This document shows positions 48,445-57,774 of a stretch of DNA of 64,000 nt, in pieces. The stretch covers positions 5,507-69,506 of the forward strand of contig JAIOQY010000198.1 of assembly GCA_021108435.1 (NCBI GenBank). The letters are read 5' to 3'. The notes under the pieces were generated by a model. It was not told where the DNA came from, ran no database searches, and worked only from the letters and a program-made list of their open reading frames with translations. Each line of letters opens with the position of its first letter. Within the stretch, counting starts at the first letter, position 1. This DNA comes from Candidatus Aegiribacteria sp. (lineage in GTDB: Bacteria; Fermentibacterota; Fermentibacteria; Fermentibacterales; JCC-6). A program made the translations under genes and the position numbers.

Positions 48445-50285
48445 ATATTTCTGAAAATACTTTTGACGTAATAGTAATTGGAGGAGGACACGCAGGAATA
48501 GAAGCGGTGCTTGCCGCTGAAAGAATGGGTTGCAGTGTACTGCTTATAACGGCAAAGTATAACAGAATTGGTGAGATGTCATGTAACCCGGCAATAGGGG
48601 GTATAGCGAAAGGGACACTGGTTAAGGAAATAGACTCTCTTGATGGATCAATGGGGAAAGCAGCTGACGCCACAAGGCTTCATTTCAGGATGCTTAACAG
48701 GAGAAAAGGACCAGCGGTATGGGGTCCAAGAGTGCAGTCTGATGCAGCTGCTTACGCTCATTTTCAGCAGCTGAATCTGGAGAGTAAAGCAATTGGAATA
48801 GTAGAAGATGAAGTAATAGCGCTGGAGGGAAGTACAGAAAAGCCAGAGGGAATAAGGTGCAGAAAGAACGGAGTAATACTTGGGAGAGCAGTAGTGCTGG
48901 CAACAGGAACTTTTCTAAGGGGAAGGCTCTTCAGGGGGCAGAGCGAATGGAGAGGAGGCAGAATTGGAGATATTGCCGCTGATAGCCTCGAGGAAGATAT
49001 AAAAAGAAGATTGTTCCACGTGGAACGTTTCAAAACAGGGACACCGGCCAGGATAGTCAGAACATCTGTAGATACGAGAGATCTCAGTATACAGGAATCA
49101 GAAGAAACAGATTTCAGATTCAGTGCTGATACAGTAGACATGCCAATAGGACATGAAATATGCTATTTAACAAAAACGAACAAAAACACGATGATAGCAG
49201 CAAAAGAGTACATGCATCTTTCTCCGCTTCTTGCCGGTCGAATTGACGGAATAGGACCGAGATACTGTCCGAGTTATGAAGACAAGGTGGTTAAATTCCC
49301 GGAAAGAGAGCAGCACAATATTTACGTTGAACCTATGGGTCACAGATCAAGGATGTTTTACCTTAACGGACTTTCAAGCAGCCTGCCGGCAGAAGCTCAG
49401 GAAAAGATGATTCGCACTCTTCCAGGCTTCAAAAAGGCAGTTATCGCCGATTATGGTTATGCTGTGGAATATTCATTTATTCATCATACAGAAATAACAC
49501 CATCCCTACGATTGAGAAGAACTGAGAACGTTTTTGCCGCAGGACAGATGTGCGGGACATCAGGATACGAAGAAGCAGCAGCGCAGGGGTTGCTTGCAGG
49601 GGCAAACGCAGCAAGAGCTGTAAAGGGTATCCAGCAGCTTTCTCCTTCGAGAAGCAATTCGTACCTGGGCGTGATGATCGATGATATAGTCTCAAAGGGA
49701 ACAGACGAACCTTACAGACTGTTTTCTTCCAGGGCAGAAAACAGATTGTATATAAGACAGGACAATGCGGACAAGCGTCTGTATGAGTTCGGGAAAGCAC
49801 TGGGTGTTCTTTCAGAAAGAAAAACATTACAGCTCGAATATAGCTTAAAAGAGGCAGCGGAAATAGAAACAGTAATGAAAACCAGTATCATTGACGGATG
49901 TCAAACCGATTTATGGTGCAGAAGGCAGGGTGCGGAAGCAGAAAGACTGGTTGAATTGATACCATTACTTTCCTCTTTCAGCAAAGAGGCCGTTTTCTCA
50001 GTGATGCTTGATGAGAAATACAGAGGTTATATAAAGCGAAGCATGAAACGGGACGAATCGAGAAGAAGAGCCTCATCAGTGAATCTGAGCGGTATAGATT
50101 CATATATGGAGATAAAAGAAATATGCTGGGAAGCAAGGGAAGTATTGGAGAAGACGAGACCCGACACACTCGCAGAAGCAGAAAGGATTCCGGGGATCAG
50201 ACCGACCGATCTGGAAGGATTGCTGCTGTATCTTGCGGGAAAACGTTCCACGTGGAACAGTTCCATGAAGAAAGAAATGAATTAA
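48441..50285 (+). CDS. mnmG: tRNA uridine 5-carboxymethylaminomethyl modification enzyme MnmG (GidA)
   Basis: FDVIVIGGGHAGIEA FAD motif and the conserved GidA core. ATG 48441 overlaps the mnmE stop (ATGA). The ORF-track GTG is 48429. Confidence 0.95.
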   Translation: MNISENTFDVIVIGGGHAGIEAVLAAERMGCSVLLITAKYNRIGEMSCNPAIGGIAKGTLVKEIDSLDGSMGKAADATRLHFRMLNRRKGPAVWGPRVQSDAAAYAHFQQLNLESKAIGIVEDEVIALEGSTEKPEGIRCRKNGVILGRAVVLATGTFLRGRLFRGQSEWRGGRIGDIAADSLEEDIKRRLFHVERFKTGTPARIVRTSVDTRDLSIQESEETDFRFSADTVDMPIGHEICYLTKTNKNTMIAAKEYMHLSPLLAGRIDGIGPRYCPSYEDKVVKFPEREQHNIYVEPMGHRSRMFYLNGLSSSLPAEAQEKMIRTLPGFKKAVIADYGYAVEYSFIHHTEITPSLRLRRTENVFAAGQMCGTSGYEEAAAQGLLAGANAARAVKGIQQLSPSRSNSYLGVMIDDIVSKGTDEPYRLFSSRAENRLYIRQDNADKRLYEFGKALGVLSERKTLQLEYSLKEAAEIETVMKTSIIDGCQTDLWCRRQGAEAERLVELIPLLSSFSKEAVFSVMLDEKYRGYIKRSMKRDESRRRASSVNLSGIDSYMEIKEICWEAREVLEKTRPDTLAEAERIPGIRPTDLEGLLLYLAGKRSTWNSSMKKEMN

Positions 50286-50905
50286 TGAGTCCCCTGGAAC
50301 AATCATTTCCGGATAATTGCAGGATGAAGAAGGACTGCGGGATGATAGGGTTCGATTTGAACGATAAACAGGCAGAATTACTAAAGGAATATGCAGAAAT
50401 TCTTTTACGTAGATCATTGGAAACAAATCTGATAGGACCTTTGGAAAAAGACAGGTTATGGGAACGGCATTTCCTGGAATCAATATCATATCGAAAGATG
50501 CTTGACAGGAAAAGCAAAGTTGTTGATATAGGCAGCGGGGCAGGATTTCCAGGGCTTGTACTGGGAATTCTTGGTTTGGATATGATTCTTCTGGAACCAA
50601 GAAGGAAGAGATATCTTTTCCTGTCTCATGTGATAGAAAAACTTGCTCTGGAAAGAACCGAAGCAATTCCCCTTAGAATAGAAAAAACAGATCCGGGAAT
50701 TCTTGGAGATCAATTCATTGCGAGAACCGTTTCACCTCCGGAAGTACTTCTGGAATTGATCAGGAGGAAAAAAGAAGGACAGTCAAAACTTGTTTATAGA
50801 GTACCGCCTGATATAGAACTTCCGAAGGGAAATAAGTACATAGAATTGGAATGTCCTCCGCTTGACCGGCCGGGATTTCTGGTGCAGTATCGAACCTGCT
50901 TATAA
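50285..50905 (+). CDS. rsmG: 16S rRNA (guanine527-N7)-methyltransferase RsmG (GidB)
   Basis: 206 aa from ATG 50285 (TAATG overlap with the mnmG stop). NLIGPLEKDRLWERHFLES and VVDIGSGAGFPGL SAM motif. The 50123 start in the track lies inside mnmG. Confidence 0.88.
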   Translation: MSPLEQSFPDNCRMKKDCGMIGFDLNDKQAELLKEYAEILLRRSLETNLIGPLEKDRLWERHFLESISYRKMLDRKSKVVDIGSGAGFPGLVLGILGLDMILLEPRRKRYLFLSHVIEKLALERTEAIPLRIEKTDPGILGDQFIARTVSPPEVLLELIRRKKEGQSKLVYRVPPDIELPKGNKYIELECPPLDRPGFLVQYRTCL

Positions 50906-50957
50906 TCAGGAACGGATATTGACGGTTTGACAGGATATAGTCTGAAAAGAGTAATAG

Positions 50958-51719
50958 ATGAAAGAAACCAGAATCATCGCGGTAGCAAACCAGAAAGGTG
51001 GAGTAGGAAAAACAACTACAGTCATTAACCTTGGTACGAGTCTTGCGATGAATAATAAAGATATCCTTTTGATAGATTTCGATCCACAGGCAAATGCTAC
51101 AAGCGGTTTTGGCATGGATAACGGGCGCGGAAAAAATGTATGTTCACTTCTTCTTGGAAAGCACAGCCTGGAAGAGGTTATTGTGAAGACAGATGTGGAT
51201 GGTCTTTCTTTTGTGAAAGGATCTCGCGATCTTGCAGGTCTTGAGATAGAGCTTGCAGGTGCGGAGGAAAGAGAATTCCTTTTAGCAGAATCTATGGAGG
51301 AAGAAGTAGATAGATTCGACTATGTACTTATTGACTGTCCTCCGTCACTGGGATTACTGACAATTAATGCTCTCGTTGCGGCAACAGAAGTACTTATTAC
51401 CTTGCAAAGTGAATATTATGCGCTTGAAGGATTGTCGCACCTGATGAACACGATCAAGAATATTCGAAAACGCTGGAATTCTGATCTTTCAATTAACGGT
51501 GTTGTGCTGACAATGTTCGATGGTCGTCTGAAACTCAGTCGGGAAGTCGCTCTGGATGTAAAAGAGCACCTTGGTTCAATTCTATATGAAACGTGTATAC
51601 CAAGAAACGTAAAACTAAGCGAGGCACCTAGTTACGGTATGCCAGCGCTTCTTTACGACGCTGGATCAAAGGGAGCCGCAAGTTATCTCAATCTTGCGAA
51701 GGAGGTGCTGCAAAGGTGA
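50958..51719 (+). CDS. parA: Chromosome partitioning ATPase ParA/Soj
   Basis: 253 aa with deviant Walker A NQKGGVGKTT and the D-rich motifs of the ParA family. Confidence 0.93.
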   Translation: MKETRIIAVANQKGGVGKTTTVINLGTSLAMNNKDILLIDFDPQANATSGFGMDNGRGKNVCSLLLGKHSLEEVIVKTDVDGLSFVKGSRDLAGLEIELAGAEEREFLLAESMEEEVDRFDYVLIDCPPSLGLLTINALVAATEVLITLQSEYYALEGLSHLMNTIKNIRKRWNSDLSINGVVLTMFDGRLKLSREVALDVKEHLGSILYETCIPRNVKLSEAPSYGMPALLYDAGSKGAASYLNLAKEVLQR

Positions 51720-52600
51720 CAGCAAGGAAACGAAGAGCTCTTGGCAAGGGTCTTGAAGAAATATTCCCCGGAATCGGTAATGAAGATGACCTCTTTAAGT
51801 CTATGGAAGTTGATATCAATCTGATAGATCCCAATCCCTTCCAACCGAGAAAGGAATGGAAACCCGAAGAAATAGCTTCACTGGCAGCCTCTATAAGATC
51901 GCAGGGAATAATTCAGCCCCTTATTCTTAGAAAAGAGGGTAAAAGATACCAGCTGATAGCAGGTGAAAGGCGTCTCAGAGCAGCCAGAGAAGCAGGACTC
52001 GATAAAGTTCCGGTTGTTGTCAGAGAAGCCAGCAAAGAACAGATGCTTGCTCTCGCACTGATCGAGAATATACAGCGACAGGATCTTGGCCCCATGGAAA
52101 AGGCGGAAGCCTTTAAAAGATTATCGAGCGAGTTTGACCTTACTCAGGAGGATATGGGAAACAGGGTGGGTATGAGCAGATCCTCTGTTGCTAACTTCAT
52201 GCGATTGCTTGAGTTGCCTGAATCAGTGCAGAAAATGCTCAGGAAAGGGCAGCTTCAAATGGGACACGGAAGAGCTATTCTGGCTCTTAATGATATTTCA
52301 ACCATGCAGAGGATAGCGATAGTAGCGTTCAAAAGAAACATGTCAGTAAGACAGCTTGAAGAAAAAATCCGCCTGCTTGCTGCGGGAACAAAGAGAAAAT
52401 CTGCAGCAGTCGTAAAAGGGACTACTCCGGAGGAGAAAGAACTGGTGGAGACTCTCCAGAGACTTCTTAAAACAAGAGTGAGAATAAAAGGGAAAGGGAA
52501 AAAGGGCAGAATTGAAATCAGTTATCATAGCCTTGATGAACTGGAAAGAATTCTTGATCTTATAAGATCAGGAGCAGGAAGAAGCGCTAAAAGAAGTTGA
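51716..52600 (+). CDS. parB: Chromosome partitioning protein ParB/Spo0J
   Basis: 294 aa. PFQPR, LIAGERRLRAAR (ParB box / CTP-binding region) and an HTH. Start overlaps the parA stop. Confidence 0.93.
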   Translation: MTARKRRALGKGLEEIFPGIGNEDDLFKSMEVDINLIDPNPFQPRKEWKPEEIASLAASIRSQGIIQPLILRKEGKRYQLIAGERRLRAAREAGLDKVPVVVREASKEQMLALALIENIQRQDLGPMEKAEAFKRLSSEFDLTQEDMGNRVGMSRSSVANFMRLLELPESVQKMLRKGQLQMGHGRAILALNDISTMQRIAIVAFKRNMSVRQLEEKIRLLAAGTKRKSAAVVKGTTPEEKELVETLQRLLKTRVRIKGKGKKGRIEISYHSLDELERILDLIRSGAGRSAKRS

Positions 52601-52683
52601 CCGGCTATTTGGCAATAGATATAGTCGCTTACCTGTAGTTGTTAAAAGTAGAAGTATGCATGCAGAAAAGAAAAGGAGAAAGA

Positions 52684-52851
52684 ATGGCACACACCATTAA
52701 TGATGATTGTATTGCTTGCGGAGCATGCAAGCCGGAATGCCCTGTTGACGCTATTAGCGAAGGGGAGAAGTACACGATAGATCAGGATGCCTGTATAGAC
52801 TGCGGTGCGTGTGTTCCCGCATGTCCTGTTGGAGCAATAGAAGCTCCTTAA
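52684..52851 (+). CDS. fdx: 2x[4Fe-4S] clostridial-type ferredoxin
   Basis: 55 aa from ATG 52684 (AAAGGAGAAAGA upstream), with CIACGACKPECP and CIDCGACVPACP. Confidence 0.9.
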   Translation: MAHTINDDCIACGACKPECPVDAISEGEKYTIDQDACIDCGACVPACPVGAIEAP

Positions 52852-52916
52852 TCAGGCAGAATAAGCATGGAAGCCCGGAGTTTTTCATTCCGGGCATCTA
52901 TCTCAAATCCCCTGGC

Positions 52917-55742
52917 TCAATCACCCAGAGATCCAAGTTTGAAAAGCTTTCGATCTTTCATTTCAAAGGCAAATTCACCAAGAGTAACGCCACTGTATAT
53001 TCGGAGTATTCGTTTTAACCTGGCAGTGGTCTTTCTGCCCGAATTATGATGTTGCCTGAAACGTTGAACAGCACTCATTCTATTTGAAATATTGAGGGAA
53101 TCAATTTCCCATGGATGAAAATATAGAACTGGAATTCTACCGGTTCTGGAAATACTCCTGATAATCAATCTGTGAAATACGCCAGGATAGAATCTCATAT
53201 AAGCACCGCCAGCTGCAGGCAGCTTTACTCCAAGCAGTTGAATGGACGCCAGAGGTAATTCAAGAATAGAGCTTTTCTCACCCTCAAGCTCAAAAGGAGA
53301 GAGCGGTGCGCAGGGAATGCCGTAGCGATGTCTGAACATAGGATAAACACTGCTGTCATACTTGTAACCTCGAGCAACAATTTCATCAATAACCCATTTA
53401 GTTCTGGAAGTTACAGAAAAACTGGGAGCCCTGAATCCAATCGTTTGAGGGATAGATAAAGTATCAACAAGTTTCTGGAAGCGATCGATGTTTCTGCAGA
53501 ACTCATCGCGCGACTGCATGGAGAGTTCAAGATGATAATAACCGTGGTAACCTATTTCGTGTCCTTCCAGGATTATTTTATGAGCGATTTCGGGATGACG
53601 CTCAAGAAGCCATCCGAGAAAGAAAAATGTCGCTTTAGCCTTATGAGCTTTCAGAAGGTCAAGAATATTATTCAGTGCTTCAGGAGCCCTGGAATCCATG
53701 CTGTCCCACTGGTTTTGCGGATACCACCTTCTTGCAGCGTAGGTCTGGAACCATTCCTCCATATCAAATGACAGGGCAACCCTTGGTCTGGCGGTTTTTG
53801 TGCCGGTTATGTCTCCGCCCATATCAAGGAAACGGCTGACATCATTCTTTGAAGGAAAGTAATTGAAATTTGCTTTACAGGAGGAGTTTTCTATCAGTTG
53901 ATAATCACCACGCTGTATAATTGAAAACCCCTCAGAAATAATATCGGCAGTAATCCTTTTTGATTCCGCCTGAAGCTGTTGAACAGATGTATTCTCTCTG
54001 GAAGCATTAACGGGTTTCTGAAGAAGAATTCCTCCCGCATCGAGTTTCCTCTCCATCCTGTGAAGAGTAACGCCAGGTTGATCACCACGGAAAAGAGACC
54101 AGAAAGACGGCATCATCCCCCTGTTTGCGGGAAGAAGAGAAGAATGAACATTCCAGGCTCCCAGCCTTGGGATTGCAAGTGTACTTTTTCTGAGAATCTG
54201 AGGACATGCAAGAGAAAGAAAAATATCCGGATCAAGGCTTTTAAGCAGATCATGGGAATCAGGGGTATTAATCTTATTCAGCTTAATGTACTTCGCATGT
54301 TCTCTGGACGCTGTCTGTTTCAACGAATGAGGAGAACGGGTGGGTAGCCTCATTAAACCGGCTGCCTTAAAAGATATAAAACGGATAAGTTCCCTTAAGA
54401 ATCCAAAAGGACCGTAAAGGGCTGAATAGCGCTTAAAATTCAATATAGGATTTTTTATTGAACCGTGCCCGGGGAGAGAAATGATAGTGTACCTGTTAAA
54501 AGGTTCTTTTCTAATGATGCTGGCGACAGTACCGGGGATATTAAAAGGTTCATTATCGCAGAGAAAAACCACATTCATAGCTGAAGTAGTTATTTTGGTA
54601 TAGAGATCAAATAGCTGATCTACCATCTGACGTGCAGAAAAAGGCTCTATGTCATCATCTACAGATGATAAAAGATCAGAGGCAGTAGAAGGGGAATCCA
54701 GCAGGCTTATTACGCCGCCGGCAAGAGCGGTTACATCACCTTCGTTCATCAACAATCCGTTTCGTTTTCCATCGACAAGTTCATGAATGCCGCCAACATC
54801 GGTAGATACAACAGGAATCCCGGCAGCAAGGCATTCGAGCAAAGCTCTTGGAAGCCCCTCTGTTCGCGATGTTATCAGGAACAGGTCGAATGCCGGCAGA
54901 ATTTCCGCTATATCCTTTCTGCTTCCGACAAGAAGAAAATTATCTTGAAGACCGCGCGAATCAATCCACTTTTCTGTCTGTTTCATAAGGGGACCGTCAC
55001 CGACAAGAATAAACAGAACATCGGGTTTATGCTTGATAACGGAAGCCGCGACATTAACAAAAATGTCTGGTGCTTTCTCCTGACAGAAACGCATAACGGA
55101 CCCGACAACAGGAACGTCAGTCGGCAGATCAAGCTTGGATCTTGCTTCAGTTTTTCTGCCTCTTGTCTTTCTGAATTCGTCGAAATCAACACCGCTTCGT
55201 ATTATACTGTAACTGTCCTTGTATCCGATTCCGCATCTGACAGCTTTATCGCGGTCTCTGGGGCTAACGGCGATGTTGGCGTGAGCATATCGGAAACCGA
55301 TCTTTTCAAGCGAGATGTAAAACCATTTTTTAAAAGGGTGCATGGAATCATAGAAAGGCCAGCCATGGGCAGTCTGTATTATTTTTACTTCAGGGAATGA
55401 GGCGGCTGCAAGCCTTCCGAGGAATCGGGCTTTTGATCCATGTGTATGAACGATATCATAATTTCCGCTTTTTATAACTTTTCGAATCTCGAGAAAAGCG
55501 AGCAAATCATTAACAGGAGATATCTCTCTTTTAAGATGAGGAGCAAGAAGAACATTGATATTCCATTTTTTGACAAGATCGTATAAATCCCCTTCAGAAG
55601 GCTTCTCAGGCCCTGTGAGGATATCTGAAGGATAACCTTTTTCAGAAATATCTCTGGTGGAAATAAGCGTATTCATCTGGGCTCCACCAACAGCAATTTT
55701 AGTGATTATATGAAGTACTCGCACTTTTCTTTCAGACATCAA
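52917..55742 (-). CDS. Tri-domain fusion: GT4-type glycosyltransferase + formyltransferase domain + DUF3473-type polysaccharide deacetylase
   Basis: 941 aa. The N-terminus is a GT-B/GT4 fold (VLHIITKIAVGGAQ..., TSRTEGLPRALLECLAAGIPVV). The middle is Fmt/ArnA-N-like (NVHSSLLPANRGMMPSFWS, GVTLHRMERKLDAGGIL). The C-terminus is deacetylase-like (ALSFDMEEWFQ, FRAPSFS, YDSSVYP). Confidence 0.8.
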   Translation of the reverse strand: MMSERKVRVLHIITKIAVGGAQMNTLISTRDISEKGYPSDILTGPEKPSEGDLYDLVKKWNINVLLAPHLKREISPVNDLLAFLEIRKVIKSGNYDIVHTHGSKARFLGRLAAASFPEVKIIQTAHGWPFYDSMHPFKKWFYISLEKIGFRYAHANIAVSPRDRDKAVRCGIGYKDSYSIIRSGVDFDEFRKTRGRKTEARSKLDLPTDVPVVGSVMRFCQEKAPDIFVNVAASVIKHKPDVLFILVGDGPLMKQTEKWIDSRGLQDNFLLVGSRKDIAEILPAFDLFLITSRTEGLPRALLECLAAGIPVVSTDVGGIHELVDGKRNGLLMNEGDVTALAGGVISLLDSPSTASDLLSSVDDDIEPFSARQMVDQLFDLYTKITTSAMNVVFLCDNEPFNIPGTVASIIRKEPFNRYTIISLPGHGSIKNPILNFKRYSALYGPFGFLRELIRFISFKAAGLMRLPTRSPHSLKQTASREHAKYIKLNKINTPDSHDLLKSLDPDIFLSLACPQILRKSTLAIPRLGAWNVHSSLLPANRGMMPSFWSLFRGDQPGVTLHRMERKLDAGGILLQKPVNASRENTSVQQLQAESKRITADIISEGFSIIQRGDYQLIENSSCKANFNYFPSKNDVSRFLDMGGDITGTKTARPRVALSFDMEEWFQTYAARRWYPQNQWDSMDSRAPEALNNILDLLKAHKAKATFFFLGWLLERHPEIAHKIILEGHEIGYHGYYHLELSMQSRDEFCRNIDRFQKLVDTLSIPQTIGFRAPSFSVTSRTKWVIDEIVARGYKYDSSVYPMFRHRYGIPCAPLSPFELEGEKSSILELPLASIQLLGVKLPAAGGAYMRFYPGVFHRLIIRSISRTGRIPVLYFHPWEIDSLNISNRMSAVQRFRQHHNSGRKTTARLKRILRIYSGVTLGEFAFEMKDRKLFKLGSLGD

Positions 55743-56282
55743 TCAATCCGAACCGGAGTCTCCGACATTTGTGGAAGGTCTGCAGAAAAGGGCGTAAAGG
55801 TAGAAAAGAGCAAGAATCACAGTAAGGCCGGAGTAAAACAAAGGACTGATGAAAAGACAACCGATAGCCCAGAATGCGAGAAGAGGTATCAATATGATGC
55901 GGAAATGCTTTTTTCTGGTCCAGGTGCGGTCGGAGGGATATGAAGAAAATAATCTGAAGAGATCTTCAGCAATGCTGAAAAGAACAACTGAAAAAGCAAC
56001 GAGCAGAAGATGAAACACCATTCCTCCGGTCAGTTGCTGATTATCAATGAGGGTAAAGGCAGAGGTAATGAAAGGAAGGAAAATCATGCCCGTAAGCAGA
56101 GTTATGAAACCTGTAACCATAAGCCTGTCAGCCGTCAGTATCGGATATTTCTCTTTCAGGTGACGAAGCATTACATGCATAAGAACACGTGAAAGACGAA
56201 ATAGCCCAATGATTACAAGAATGACAAGAGCAACAAGACCGTAGTCAATTAATCTTTCACCCAACTGAATCCTCCCGCTCAA
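55743..56282 (-). CDS. Polytopic membrane protein, function unknown
   Basis: 179 aa with about 5 hydrophobic helices. Its stop abuts the start of the tri-domain gene. Confidence 0.5.
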   Translation of the reverse strand: MSGRIQLGERLIDYGLVALVILVIIGLFRLSRVLMHVMLRHLKEKYPILTADRLMVTGFITLLTGMIFLPFITSAFTLIDNQQLTGGMVFHLLLVAFSVVLFSIAEDLFRLFSSYPSDRTWTRKKHFRIILIPLLAFWAIGCLFISPLFYSGLTVILALFYLYALFCRPSTNVGDSGSD

Positions 56283-56342
56283 TGAAAAGCCTCATTTCAG
56301 ACAAAGCAATATACAATTCAGTCAGTTCAAGACACAAACCAT

Positions 56343-56939
56343 TCAATCCTTGAGTTCTCTTGTCTGGTAGAAGTAACCAATAATCGCAAAAATCGCTGTC
56401 AGGACTATCCCTATAATGAATCCGCTGTTCCCGCCTTCAGCGTACAACCCAATTGTCTTGAGAAATCCAGAGCGTTCAAGAAGAGCCAGAGCTGACGTTC
56501 CGGCGATGTAGCCTCCGGCAAGAGCGGTTATGAATGAAATGACAGGAGTTCTGTATACCTGTACAAGAACACCGGCAGTAAGAGCTATCGCCACATGAGC
56601 AATGCCTGGAATTCCAGGAAGGAGACCTCTTACTGCAAAAAGGCCGATAACGGTACCGGCAAAGAACATAGATACTTTCCAGGCAACCAATGAAAGCCCG
56701 GCCGATACGAATCCGGTCACCCATGGAATCCAGGGGGAACTGCTGAGAGTTTTATTGAGAACATCGCATACGACCTGAGCGCCAAGCGAATAACCGATCA
56801 GGAATCCAAAAAGGACTATAACGAAACCAAGCAATTTCTTTCCAAAGAAACAGAACAGAAGTCCAATAAGCAGTCCAGCAATAGAAATAGTAAGCAGATC
56901 TGTATCAAAAATAAGATGCATGTTTCTTTCCTTTCTCAA
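56343..56939 (-). CDS. Polytopic membrane protein, function unknown
   Basis: 198 aa with about 6-7 Gly-rich hydrophobic helices. Its start overlaps the upstream HAD stop by 4 nt. Confidence 0.5.
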   Translation of the reverse strand: MRKERNMHLIFDTDLLTISIAGLLIGLLFCFFGKKLLGFVIVLFGFLIGYSLGAQVVCDVLNKTLSSSPWIPWVTGFVSAGLSLVAWKVSMFFAGTVIGLFAVRGLLPGIPGIAHVAIALTAGVLVQVYRTPVISFITALAGGYIAGTSALALLERSGFLKTIGLYAEGGNSGFIIGIVLTAIFAIIGYFYQTRELKD

Positions 56940-57628
56940 TTCCTGTCTGCTGTATCAAGGAGCGCAAGAATAGCTCCTATACCGTTTATTATATATCCTG
57001 GCTTAATGTCAAACCCGCGATTAAGGTCGTTAAGCACAAGAACACTTTGAAAACCGCCTTCCTCCGCTGCCCTGATGCCTTTCCAGGAATCCTCGAAGAC
57101 CAGGGTATCGGAAGGTGAAACTCCCAGCTTTGAAGCGGCAAGCAGGAAAATGTCAGGAGCCGGCTTTTTCCTTAAACCCTCTCCTCCTACAAGAGCAGGG
57201 ACATGAGCATGGGAATGCTGAAGAATTTCCTTAACAATCCATGAAGGCGTATTTGAAGCAATACAGAACGATCGCGCGGAAGTTCCTTCTTCTGAGGAAA
57301 GCCTGTCCAGCAACTCCCGTACCCGTGGGAATAGCGGGATATCACCCCGCCTGCAATAGCCCTCATATATCTTCCTCTGAGAAGAAACTGCCTGATCAAC
57401 ATCTATATTCCTGAGTCCATGTCTCCGAATTTCACCTTCAAGTCCTTCACCAAGGGAAGACCAGTAGAGCCAGTAATCCTCAGGAGAAATTGAATGGTCC
57501 CATGGCTCCAGGGCAACATTCCAGGATCTTCTGAAAAAAGGCTCGCTGTCCGCCAGAACACCGTCAAAGTCGAAAAGGACAGCGTTGCATTTATCCCATG
57601 CCTCAGCCAGTCCGTCAAATCTGATCAT
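56936..57628 (-). CDS. HAD-superfamily hydrolase (beta-phosphoglucomutase/phosphatase-like)
   Basis: 230 aa. Motif I AVLFDFDGVLADSE, and later SNTP and FEDSWKG motifs. Confidence 0.8.
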   Translation of the reverse strand: MIRFDGLAEAWDKCNAVLFDFDGVLADSEPFFRRSWNVALEPWDHSISPEDYWLYWSSLGEGLEGEIRRHGLRNIDVDQAVSSQRKIYEGYCRRGDIPLFPRVRELLDRLSSEEGTSARSFCIASNTPSWIVKEILQHSHAHVPALVGGEGLRKKPAPDIFLLAASKLGVSPSDTLVFEDSWKGIRAAEEGGFQSVLVLNDLNRGFDIKPGYIINGIGAILALLDTADRN

Positions 57629-57774
57629 TATTCACCATACCGTTCCTTTCACCTTGGCCTTGAGTGAATCTGGTTACATAATACAAAATCCGACAGCCCG
57701 GAGACCACTGTACTATTTGATCGATAGTTTACACCGCATTTCTAGTAAGAGGATAACAGGTTCGGGGGGTTGAT

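Noticed and set aside
47796-48491. Long antisense ORFs opposite well-supported genes: 47796-48491 (-), 58092-58700 (-), 60069-60779 (-), 22713-23291 (+), 25195-25779 (+), 50100-50666 (-), 17326-17880 (-), 2347-2892 (-).
   Set aside because: Each lies entirely within a confidently identified gene on the other strand (mnmE, ptb, iorA, ntpD/B, ntpA, mnmG/rsmG, GT-2, serS). Their Ser/Pro/Arg-rich low-complexity translations are typical of shadow frames.
50915-50957. TTGACG/TTGACA hexamers upstream of parA, a possible promoter.
   Set aside because: No -10 element at acceptable spacing (11 or 19+ nt). parA may simply be co-transcribed with rsmG.
52873-52895. Hairpin GCCCGGA-N9-TCCGGGC after the ferredoxin gene, a possible terminator.
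   Set aside because: It has only a 7-bp stem and no U-tract on either strand. It might still help terminate convergent transcription but is not confidently callable.
50900-52900. parS centromere site (TGTTTCACGTGAAACA) near parAB.
   Set aside because: I found only half-site-like matches elsewhere (for example TTCTTCGTGAAACA at about 13960, with 4 mismatches, and GAACGTGAAACC at about 21090). Nothing within 2 mismatches was seen by eye, so a pattern search over the whole contig is needed.
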